Shown: one piece after another, positions 20,082-29,718 of the stretch
Numbering within the stretch: position 1 is the first letter of the stretch
Layout of the letters: every line of letters begins with the position of its first letter
From: Trichodesmium erythraeum IMS101
GTDB lineage: Bacteria > Cyanobacteriota > Cyanobacteriia > Cyanobacteriales > Microcoleaceae
NCBI RefSeq assembly: GCF_000014265.1
Contig: NC_008312.1
Span: 1,680,001-1,712,000, forward strand
DNA length: 32,000 nucleotides
Reading direction: 5' to 3'
Notes under the pieces: model-generated
The model's database searches: none
What the model saw: the letters and a program-made list of their open reading frames with translations, nothing else
What the model was told of the DNA's origin: nothing
Made by a program: the position numbers and the translations under genes

Positions 20082-21107
20082 AGAGTTGTTGGGAAATAAG
20101 GTAAAATAATTTCAGAAAAAATTTGCCATAAAAATGCTAAATATTGAACGAGCCTTAAAACAAGACAGATTACTCAGAGCATTAACACCCATTAAACCGT
20201 AAAGCATTTGAATCTTTGTTGGAGTCCTTTGGGCAAATGTATGAGCAAACATTGCACTCGCTCACCTCGTCAACGCTCTGTTGGAGGAGGTCTTTTGGCT
20301 CGTTTACGCACTCTACAAGACAAATTGTTTGACATTCTCTTCTACTTTAAATGTTACCCGACTTTTGACTTAGCTGGTATCTTGTTTGATATCGACCGTA
20401 GTCAAGCACATTATTGGGTTCATCGCTTACAAACTATGTTAGAAGCAGCCTTGGGAGAAAAAAAGGCGCGATGCATTGCGTCAAATTAACAGTGTCCAAG
20501 GATTCATAGAGCGTTTCCCTCGAGTAGAACGAGTGATAATGGATGGCACAGAACGGCCAGTACAAAGACCAACTCACTCTGAAAAACCAAAACTGAATTA
20601 TTCAGGAAAAAAAAAGCGTCACACTCGCAAACATCTAGTAGCAGTTAATCAAAACAAGAAAGTGCTGGTATTGAGTCAGGCACGAGAAGGAAAGCTGCAT
20701 GAAGTCGAAGTTCCATGACCAGGAAAAATTGATAGGAAATATACCTCTAGAGATTCCGATAGAAGTAGACAGTGGTTTCCAAGGTCTCCACGCATCAGTA
20801 TGAAAATATCCGAATCCCCCATAAAAAACCAAAAGGGGGAGAGTTAAGTGAGCAACAAAAACAGATTTTCGGAAATTGAGTCAATCAAGGGTAGTCTGTG
20901 AAAACGCCTTGGCGGGCGTCAAGCGTTATGGAGCTGTCAGTCAGATTTCTCGTAATCACAAGTATGATTTTGATGACAAATTAATGCTAACAGCAACTGG
21001 TGAGTGGAACTTATATCTGATGACAGCATAAGTAGTCAAATTACTAGGGAAATATGTCAAGTTTTCGTTTGAGTTTTTTCTCTCCTAAGTTATTTCCCAA
21101 CAACTCT
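20082..21107 (+). mobile_element. IS5-superfamily (DDE_Tnp_4 / Harbinger-like) insertion sequence, transposase inactivated
   Basis: It has perfect 18-bp terminal inverted repeats, agagttgttgggaaataa (20082-20099) and ttatttcccaacaactct (21090-21107). The 3-bp target duplication att sits at 20079-20081 and 21108-21110. Confidence 0.88.
20134..21031 (+). pseudogene. Frameshifted DDE transposase of the IS at 20082-21107
   Basis: The transposase is split over at least three frames. The pieces include MLNIERALKQDRLLRALTPIKP*, ...YFKCYPTFDLAGILFDIDRSQAHYWVHRLQ... and ...VIMDGTERPVQRP...YSGKKKRHTRKHLV..., followed by further broken C-terminal pieces. Confidence 0.85.
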
Positions 21108-21338
21108 ATTATCTAAATTCAGGATACTGTTTCCCAGGTACATAGCACCTTTTGCACCATGAGAAATAATATGGACTGTATCCACATTATGCCCTTTACC
21201 CAGGCTTTTAGATATTTGGTTTATACCATTTTAATGGGGTTGTAGGACAATTATTTTTGTCTGAGGGTCAACCTCTGAGATTAGGTGATTGTAATTTTCT
21301 ACCTTGGGGTCGATGAATAATAGTTTGTCTTGATTCAT
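21108..21338 (-). pseudogene. DUF4347-like gene, N-terminal remnant (same gene as 19322-20081, split by the IS)
   Basis: The minus strand reads MNQDKLLFIDPKVENYNHLISEVDPQTKIIVLQPH*NGINQISKSLGKGHNVDTVHIISHGAKGAMYLGNSILNLDN. An in-frame TAA lies at 21231-21233. Confidence 0.65.
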
Positions 21339-21518
21339 AATTTTAGAAGGGTGGTAAAGCTATCAGAAAAAAATTACCATTATCATAACAATAAAGTTTT
21401 TGTTTACAGAAACAATTCAAAATATCAGTCAATAGTCAATAATTTAAAGTCAAAAGTTAAAATCTAAGATGAATTGACAATTTATAACTGATAACTGATA
21501 TATAAATACAGTTGTTAA

Positions 21519-23168
<1,650 letters not shown>

Positions 23169-23170
23169 TT

Positions 23171-23327
23171 TATAAAGCAGGGAGTATTAGATTTGTCGGT
23201 CACTTAAAAAATCACCAAAAACCAAGTTCAGTAAAGATTGTAGCTATTGTGCATCAAGCAAAGCTTAAAAATATTGCTGTATCTAGCTTAGAGCGGTTTT
23301 TCCTTTCTACTTAGCTGCAACTCTATT
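23171..23327 (+). repeat. Left copy of a ~157-bp inverted repeat (partner at 31811-31968)
   Basis: It starts 3 nt after the pgm stop. By-eye alignment to the reverse complement of 31811-31968 shows long identical runs, including cacttaaaaaatcacc, aaaaccaagttcag, aaagattgtagctattg and ttagagcg.tttttcc. I estimate roughly 80-85% identity with small indels. Confidence 0.8.
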
Positions 23328-23484
23328 ATAATAAATTGCGTGTCAAGAAACTGGGTGTATGGAAAAAAGTATGTCAGTATGTTAGGGCATCTCGTGCTTT
23401 CCCCGGTTTCTATCCTTTTTAAGGGCTAGGGGGGATGGCTACCTCAACCTATCAGTACAAACCCTTTGATATCTTTAATAAAAA

Positions 23485-23524
23485 CATCACAAAGTAGTGG
23501 ATACGTGTCCACTACTTTGTGATG
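23485..23524. repeat. Perfect 17-bp-stem hairpin (catcacaaagtagtgga / tccactactttgtgatg)
   Basis: Read directly: 23485-23501 pairs with 23508-23524 around the 6-nt loop tacgtg. A second, shorter hairpin (gggtag...ctaccc) follows. No ORF lies nearby. Confidence 0.7.
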
Positions 23525-23825
23525 GGGTAGGTAATAATTTAACACTACCCTCACCAAAAGAGTGATGGAATGTATTGGGTCAATCATAAAAAAGAATAAA
23601 GGATAAAGAATAATGACACTGGAATACAGTTGGTGATCAAATATGAAATATGAGACAAGCACATAGAAGCGCCAAAAATTAGTTACTCAGGTTCTGCAAA
23701 CAATCAACCCAAGGGTCATTGAAGATAATTCTTTGTCTTAGAAACTAGAGGTAATAATGAATCTGTATGAGCGCCTTCTAACACAACTCAAAGAATTATA
23801 AGAAAAAAAACAATCCCTAAAAGAT

Positions 23826-24919
23826 GCTTTGTTGCACAAAGCAAGGAAAGATGGTAAAAATAACAGTGGGTAGCACAAAATCCTGCATTAACTCTCCTTA
23901 TGAGTAAGTCTAAGTCTAAGTCCAAGTCTAAGTCCAAGTCCAAGTACCGGGTTAGCAACTGGTCGTATGGATGATGCCTCCTTAAAGCAGAGAGGGAGTC
24001 TGACATTTTGGCTAAGTTATGAAGTGATAGAACAGTGGGTAAATCAACATCAAACTGGGCGTCAGGGAGCATCGAATACCTATAGCGATGTAGCTATTGA
24101 ACTAATGGTCACTCTCAGTAGTTTGTTTGCAGGGCGGGGCGACAGACAGAAGGATTTGTAGAATCTATATTTGATTTTTAGAGATTAGATTTACCTGTAC
24201 CAGACCATAGCACTGTATGCCGTAGGGTCAGAAAACTAAATATCGGGATACCAGTGAGAACAAGGACAGAAGGGATGCATTTGGTAGTTGATTCTACAGG
24301 GGTCAAAGTCTACGGTGAAGGGGAATGGAAAACCAGGATTCATGGTGTAGGTAAACGTAGGACATGGCGTAAATTACTAGAGTGTGAATGAGGCCACCGG
24401 AGAGATTGTCACAGCAGTTGTCACAACCAATGATGTGAGTGACGACCAAGTATTTTCTGACCTATTAGATGGAGTAGAAGGTGAAATAGCCCAAGTTTCA
24501 GGTGATGGGGCTGATGACAAATACAAGTGCTATGAAACAGCTCACCAAAGAGGCATAAAAACGACCATTCCACCGCGTAAAAATGCTGTGATTAGGCAGC
24601 ATGGCAACTGTAAAGCCCTACCCGCTCCCAGAGATGAGAACCTCAGAGGAATTCGTCAAATAGGACGGCAAAAATGGAAGCATGAAAGTGGATACCATAG
24701 ACGCTCTCTATCTGAAACCACTATGTTTAGGTTCAAAGTTTTATTTGGTGGGAAGTTACGAAGACGATAATTTGATAATCAAGCAGTGGAGTTATTCATT
24801 CAATGCGCTATCCTGAACCCCATGATACAGAATGGTAAACCCGAAAGTTATCAAGTACACATCTAGAACTGCATCTCTCCAGGGAGTCATCTGCGATCGC
24901 AACATTCATACAACAAAGC
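23826..24919 (+). mobile_element. IS5-family insertion sequence remnant with an inactivated transposase (pseudo-CDS ~23900-24866)
   Basis: Transposase pieces lie in shifting frames: MSKSKSKSKSKSKSKYRVSNWS, a +1 shift into DDASLKQRGSLTFW, LVVDSTGVKVYGEGEWK, NEATGEIVTAVVTTNDVSDDQ...VSGDGADD...HRRSLSETTMFRFK, and an in-frame TAA (RRR*FDNQAVE). The candidate imperfect ends are gctttgttgca (23826) and tacaacaaagc (24919). The boundaries are approximate. Confidence 0.75.
23903..23944. repeat. Hexanucleotide microsatellite (AGTAAG, then TCYAAG x6) encoding (SK)7 at the IS5 transposase N-terminus
   Basis: Read directly: agtaag tctaag tctaag tccaag tctaag tccaag tccaag. The opposite strand gives the (DL)n run in the spurious ORF 23788..24072. 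Confidence 0.9.
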
Positions 24920-25503
24920 TATTATTAAGGTTAATTTTGCCTAAACCCATTTGATAATTGGCAGGAATAGTTTTTGATCATCAGCTTTCTGACTGGCTAG
25001 TCCGAAAAAATCTCATAAGTGATGATGCGCCTTAGTTTAAGTTACTTTCAGTATTGAGTTGGCTTTGTGTTGAGTACATCAGGGATCACATTATCAAATG
25101 TTAACTCTCAAGGTTAATTATCATCAAAAACTCCTCCAACAATTCTGGGATGATTTTTGGTCTGATACAGAGATTTACTGGCCGGGAACAGATACTCCCA
25201 TACTTTCGACTGCTTTAAGACTACCCTCTGAATTTTTAGAACTTTTCACAACTGTGAGTAGGTGATCAGCAGCTTGGTAGAACCAAAACGATTAACTGTT
25301 ACCCTGCATTTGAGAGTTGCTGTTGGTGTTGGAACATCCTCAATTGCCATTCCATAATAACCAGGTGCAGTTAGCTGCTTGAGCTATGTTGACTAAAAGC
25401 TATATAAGTTATAGAACTCAGACGATGGAGCAAACTGAATCTTGGGATATTTTTATGTTCCTGGTTGCTACTACTCGTAAGCTAAGATTAAGGTTTTTTA
25501 AAT

Positions 25504-26641
25504 AGACCTCTCCAAAATAGAAATTAAGGTAAAATTGTAGTGCCAAATTATATATATGCTGTCCCCAAATGAATAATGTATTAGAATATATTTATAATCA
25601 TCCATCCATATACAAAAAGGATTATTGGTATTACAGATAAACAACTAATAAAATTAATAGAAAATGCTCAAAAAGTTGAAGACAAAAAAAGACAGGCGAT
25701 CAAAGAAAGAAGAAAAAAAATTAATTAAGGCAGGAGGAGTCAGAAAAAAGTCTTTAGGCAAAGCGGAAGAGATAATTTTGACATTATATTATTTGCATCA
25801 TGTACCAACATTTCAACTGCTAGGAGCAATATTTGGAGTTAGTGAATCAACAGCAAATAATATTTTTCAGGCTTTGGAGCGATATTTTGATGGAATTATT
25901 ACCATCTAGTTTACTAGAGGAATTCTCGGGAAAAAAAACGAATATTTATGGATAAAAGAAGCTTTGACAGAAATAGAATTGATAGTTGATAGTACAGAAC
26001 AGGATATATTCAGGCCAAAAAATGATGGAAAGCAGAAAAAATATTACTCAGGAAAGCAAAAAAGTCATAGGTTAAAAAATCAAATAATAATCACAGATAA
26101 TGGAAAAAAAATAGTTGATGTAATAGTAGGAGAAAGAGGTCCAGAGAGTGATATAATTTTATTCAAAAAACAACAAAAAAAGTTTGATAAAGAACAAAGA
26201 TTTCAAGGAGATAAAGGTTATCAAGGTGGGTCAAGAATTGACAGGCCAAAGAAAAAAAAATAAACCATAAAATGTCATACAAAGTAAAGAAAGAGAATCA
26301 AAAAAAAGCTCAAAAAATAATATTTGTAGAACATGTAATAAGACTGATAAAAATATTTAAAGTGGCACGAGAAAGATTCAGATTAAAAGAGAGTAATTAT
26401 GAAAAAGTAATTTTAACAATATGTGGTTTAGTGAGATTAAGAGATTAAGCACTAATGTTAACATAAATCCTAACTTTAGGTCTAGTAAAAAGCAATAAAT
26501 AATTACATAAAAATGCTAAATAATTAACAATAACTATCTGTAATACTATAAATATCATAAAAAATGACTATCTAGAGGAGCTGGCGATCGCTCTGGAGAA
26601 GATAGTGACAGTAAGGGAAGTGATAATTTTTGGAGATGTCT
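25504..26641 (+). mobile_element. Second DDE_Tnp_4/Harbinger-like IS (AT-rich, transposase frameshifted; pseudo-CDS ~25569-26448)
   Basis: The termini are agacctctccaaaa (25504-) and tttttggagatgtct (-26641). The 3-bp duplication aat sits at 25501-25503 and 26642-26644. Transposase pieces include MNNVLEYIYNHPS..., ...LTLYYLHHVPTFQLLGAIFGVSESTANNIF..., ...ELIVDSTEQDIFRP...KYYSGKQKSHRLKNQ... and ...ICGLVRLRD*, spread over several frames. Confidence 0.85.
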
Positions 26642-26784
26642 AATATGTACAAGATCGCATTTTTCAGACCATGAATATTCCTGCTGTGGCAACTATTATT
26701 TATGTTCGCGGAGGGTGGCGTTAGCCGTATCACTCCTTTATTCATTATAGATAGCGGGATAAGTCTATTTTTTAAAAATAGTTT

Positions 26785-27560
26785 GTTGGTTTATAATAGT
26801 TGACGTCATTAACACCTGTGAGATTTGAATCTATGCAATGTCCTGGCTGTGGCTGCCAGCATATCCGCAAAAATGGCCATCGACTAGGCAAGCAGAACTA
26901 TATTTGTGTCCCTTGTAGCCGTCAGTTCATCGAACCTTCTCACCCACCAGGATACAGCGATGATGTCAAAAGGCTGTGCTTGAGAATGTACGTTAACGGT
27001 ATGGGTATTAGAGGAATTGCGCGGGTGACAGGGATTACACATCCAACTATTATCAATTGAATCAAACACACCGGGGAACGCTTACCTGATGCCTTATACC
27101 CAGAGCAACTGCCTCAAGTAGGAGAACTTGATGAACTTGAAATTTTTGTTGGTTACTAAGAAAAACAAGGTATGGTTGTGGACTGCGCTAGACCATTTCC
27201 GTCCGAGAATTCTAGGTTTGGTAGTAGTAAACCACAGTGCTGATACTTTTCAACCGTTATGGCAGGCGATAGCCTTTTGGCAGTGTTACTTTTAGGTTAC
27301 TGATGGCAATGGGGTCGCTTCCAGGCTTTATCCCTGACGGAGATCAGATCGTAAGTAAGACCCATAATACCCGCGTAGAAGGGGAAAACACCAGTTTACG
27401 CTACCCCAAGGCCCGCTTACATCGTAAAACTTTGTGTTACTCAAAATGTATTAAAATGCTCAAACATTCTATCCGTCTGTTGATTCACGCTTCTCAAATT
27501 TGGAGAGGTGCCTATTGCGGCTTAATTCATCCCTTAATTTACCAACGCCTTTTTCTGAAA
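26785..27560 (+). mobile_element. IS1-family element remnant (InsA-like ORF intact; InsB-like part riddled with stops)
   Basis: The InsA-like part is MQCPGCGCQHIRKNGHRLGKQNYICVPCSRQF...MYVNGMGIRGIARVTGITHPTIIN*, a zinc finger plus HTH from the ATG at 26833. Broken InsB-like pieces follow: ELDELEIFVG, IVSKTHNTRVEGENTSLRY, ARLHRKTLCYSKCIKMLKHSIRLLIH. I could not verify terminal repeats, so the boundaries are approximate. Confidence 0.75.
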
Positions 27561-27586
27561 TCTATTGACGTTTTTTTCTGCTCCAA

Positions 27587-29560
27587 TTAGACTGACTCCT
27601 TAAAAACAAGTCTAACTTTTTGAACACCTTCTATCATTTGTAAGCCAAATTGACCAGAGGTAAATTCATCTTCATCTGAGCTGCTTAGAGTCTCCTTCAT
27701 TTGTGTAGCGAACTTTTGTAAATCAATCACTTCTTTTTCTTCATTCTTCCAAGGAATAGGAATAGAGTTTTCCATTAATTCTCCTTCACTATTTCGTAGA
27801 TTTTTTGACCATTCTGGAGAATCTTCCGTTGGTGCATCTAACCCAAAGTGCATTGACTCCGGTTGTAAGTGAATATCAACGGTTTTGATTTCTCCTTCAA
27901 ATAAACAAAGTAACACATCTTTAGCTAAGGTTTCCATTCGTAGTAGGGGTAAAAGATTGGCTTCTGTGGGGTCAATTGAATCTAAATCACTTACAACCTG
28001 ATCATATCCATCAACCAGTAAACCAGGCCAACCAGAAACTACTTGCGATCGCATAATAATTCCACTAATTGTTTTATTTTGCTGACGCAGAAAATTGTTA
28101 AGTTCTATAATTTTTTTATCGTCTGATAAATCACCTTTCGTAACACGACCAACACTAAACGCACCATCCTGTAAGCAGTCTATCCAAACAGAATCTAAAC
28201 AGAAGAAACGGATAGATTCTGGGGGTAATAAGCCCTCATCAGGTACTAAATAATTAAAAGGAACACCTTGTAATAATCCTAACCCTTGAAACCATTGTTT
28301 GACAGGGTTTGGGATAATTTTTTTTGTTTTGCTACTTGTGGAGTTAATTAGTCGTAAATGGGTCTGTTGTTGTTGCAAACGTTTGATATTCTGTACAACT
28401 TCTCGTTTCCATTTGAATAGTTGAACCGCTAACCCTTGATTTTCTAACATTAACATTCGACCTAATTGCCAAGCAGCAGAATAGGAAATATCAAACATTC
28501 CAATTTCGGAATCATAGCGTAATAGTTGATCCGATGCTTTCATAGGAAACTCATAGATTTCTTGTTCTTTATCATTAAAAGCTGTACCTAGGGGACTGCT
28601 ATACCAAGAATAGGTTTTACTTCCTTTTCGGAGGGAATGGGGAATAGTAACGTATCCTTTTTTTAAGTATTCTTCTGCTTTTTCATTATCACTTTTGGGA
28701 AGTCTTGGCGAGGAAGGAGCATGATTTAATCTTTGCAATAATTTGGTGAAACTTTGCTCAGGATCAATACAAGAAAATTCCCAACTCGCTAAACTAACAA
28801 AGCGAATTAAATCGTCTTCTTTTGCATCCATAAAATAAAATTTATTATTAGAATAACGCCCTTCTATTGACACTAAATAAACCGTACTTTTGCCACTGGG
28901 TTCGGGGAGACGATTACAAATAATTGTAGAATATTCTTTCTCAAGTAGCTTTAGATTTTCTTCTGATGCTGATGCTAGTAATCTTCGACGAACATGAGCA
29001 GTATAAGAAAGATCCTCGTAAGTTGGTAAAATGTCTTGAAGATATTTCTTTTTAACATCAATAACAGTCACTTGTTGGTTTGGCGTTTGTCCTAATTCTA
29101 ATACCATTGTAGGATATTTAATATTAGGAGAGTTTTCTGTAATTAATTCCGAAAGGGTAACATTTTTGGGTTTGGGTTTATCCTCTTCATTCCCGTCAAA
29201 ATCGCTTTCTCGGAATAATAATAAAATTAACCAAGGCAAGTTGTCATCTGTTTGTCCAGGGTAACGTTCCCAAGGCAAGGTACTTCTTTTAAAAGTAATA
29301 TGGGGTAAAACGTTGGAATGTTCTCCTAAACTTTCAGGGGGAGGAAAAACGGCATAAATATCATTAGGAGATAAGGGACCAAATCGTTCACCTTGGACAA
29401 CAAAAGTTAGTTCACGACTATAGGTTTTACCATTACCATTGTTATCAATTTTATCCCCTGCTTTGATGGTTTGTTCGACTTTTAAGTCATAAGTTCCACT
29501 TTCTAATGCAGGCTGATGGAATTGGATAAATTGAACTTTTCCTTTTTCAGTTGTTGGCAT
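27587..29560 (-). CDS. Large (657 aa) protein of unknown function, downstream partner of the tail-collar protein
   Basis: It is an uninterrupted ORF with the strong RBS aaggag 8 nt before the ATG at 29558-29560. I see no signal peptide, TM span, P-loop or metalloprotease motif. Notable blocks are RSTLPWERY...LPWLILLLF and GVPFNYLVPDEGLLPPESIRFFCLDSVWIDCLQDGAFSVGR. Confidence 0.8.
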   Translation of the reverse strand: MPTTEKGKVQFIQFHQPALESGTYDLKVEQTIKAGDKIDNNGNGKTYSRELTFVVQGERFGPLSPNDIYAVFPPPESLGEHSNVLPHITFKRSTLPWERYPGQTDDNLPWLILLLFRESDFDGNEEDKPKPKNVTLSELITENSPNIKYPTMVLELGQTPNQQVTVIDVKKKYLQDILPTYEDLSYTAHVRRRLLASASEENLKLLEKEYSTIICNRLPEPSGKSTVYLVSIEGRYSNNKFYFMDAKEDDLIRFVSLASWEFSCIDPEQSFTKLLQRLNHAPSSPRLPKSDNEKAEEYLKKGYVTIPHSLRKGSKTYSWYSSPLGTAFNDKEQEIYEFPMKASDQLLRYDSEIGMFDISYSAAWQLGRMLMLENQGLAVQLFKWKREVVQNIKRLQQQQTHLRLINSTSSKTKKIIPNPVKQWFQGLGLLQGVPFNYLVPDEGLLPPESIRFFCLDSVWIDCLQDGAFSVGRVTKGDLSDDKKIIELNNFLRQQNKTISGIIMRSQVVSGWPGLLVDGYDQVVSDLDSIDPTEANLLPLLRMETLAKDVLLCLFEGEIKTVDIHLQPESMHFGLDAPTEDSPEWSKNLRNSEGELMENSIPIPWKNEEKEVIDLQKFATQMKETLSSSDEDEFTSGQFGLQMIEGVQKVRLVFKESV

Positions 29561-29594
29561 GGGAATGACTCCTTTTTGTTAGTTTATAATTGAG

Positions 29595-29668
29595 TTGGTT
29601 GGGTTAGCAGTAACGTAACCAAACAAAAGGTTAATGGATGTTGGGTTTCACTTTGTTCAACCCAACCT
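29595..29668. repeat. Intercistronic palindromic repeat (GGTTGGGTT...AACCCAACC family) between the two large ORFs
   Basis: gttgggtt (29640-29647) and aacccaac (29659-29666) form a perfect 8-bp stem. An upstream ggttgggtta...taaccaaac forms a second hairpin, and that upstream ggttgggtt can alternatively pair with the downstream aacccaacc. The motif is the same as at 3141-3215. Confidence 0.65.
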
Positions 29669-29718
29669 AGTGTACAATTATGTTAATTATTTTACTTCAG
29701 TAGTTAGCCCACAAAAAA

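Noticed and set aside
20635-20832. Minus-strand 65-aa ORF inside the IS at 20082-21107
   Set aside because: It is antisense to the transposase relic.
23444-24072. Minus-strand ORFs 23444..23662 and 23788..24072 (the latter with a DLDLDLDL run)
   Set aside because: The first has a low-complexity hydrophobic translation of AT-rich spacer. The second is the antisense reading of the IS5 5' end and its (SK)n microsatellite.
26884-27590. ORFs 26884..27069 (-) and 27303..27590 (+)
   Set aside because: The first is antisense to the IS1 InsA-like ORF. The second is a frame-shifted piece of the IS1 InsB-like region (VEGENTSLRY...LKHSIRLLIH) that runs on into flanking DNA, and it is not an independent gene.
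27587-29560. Possible P-loop NTPase motifs in the 657-aa protein (NNGNGKT, EPSGKST)
   Set aside because: Neither fits GxxxxGK[ST], because no Gly sits five residues upstream. I saw no Walker B-like hhhhDE following either.
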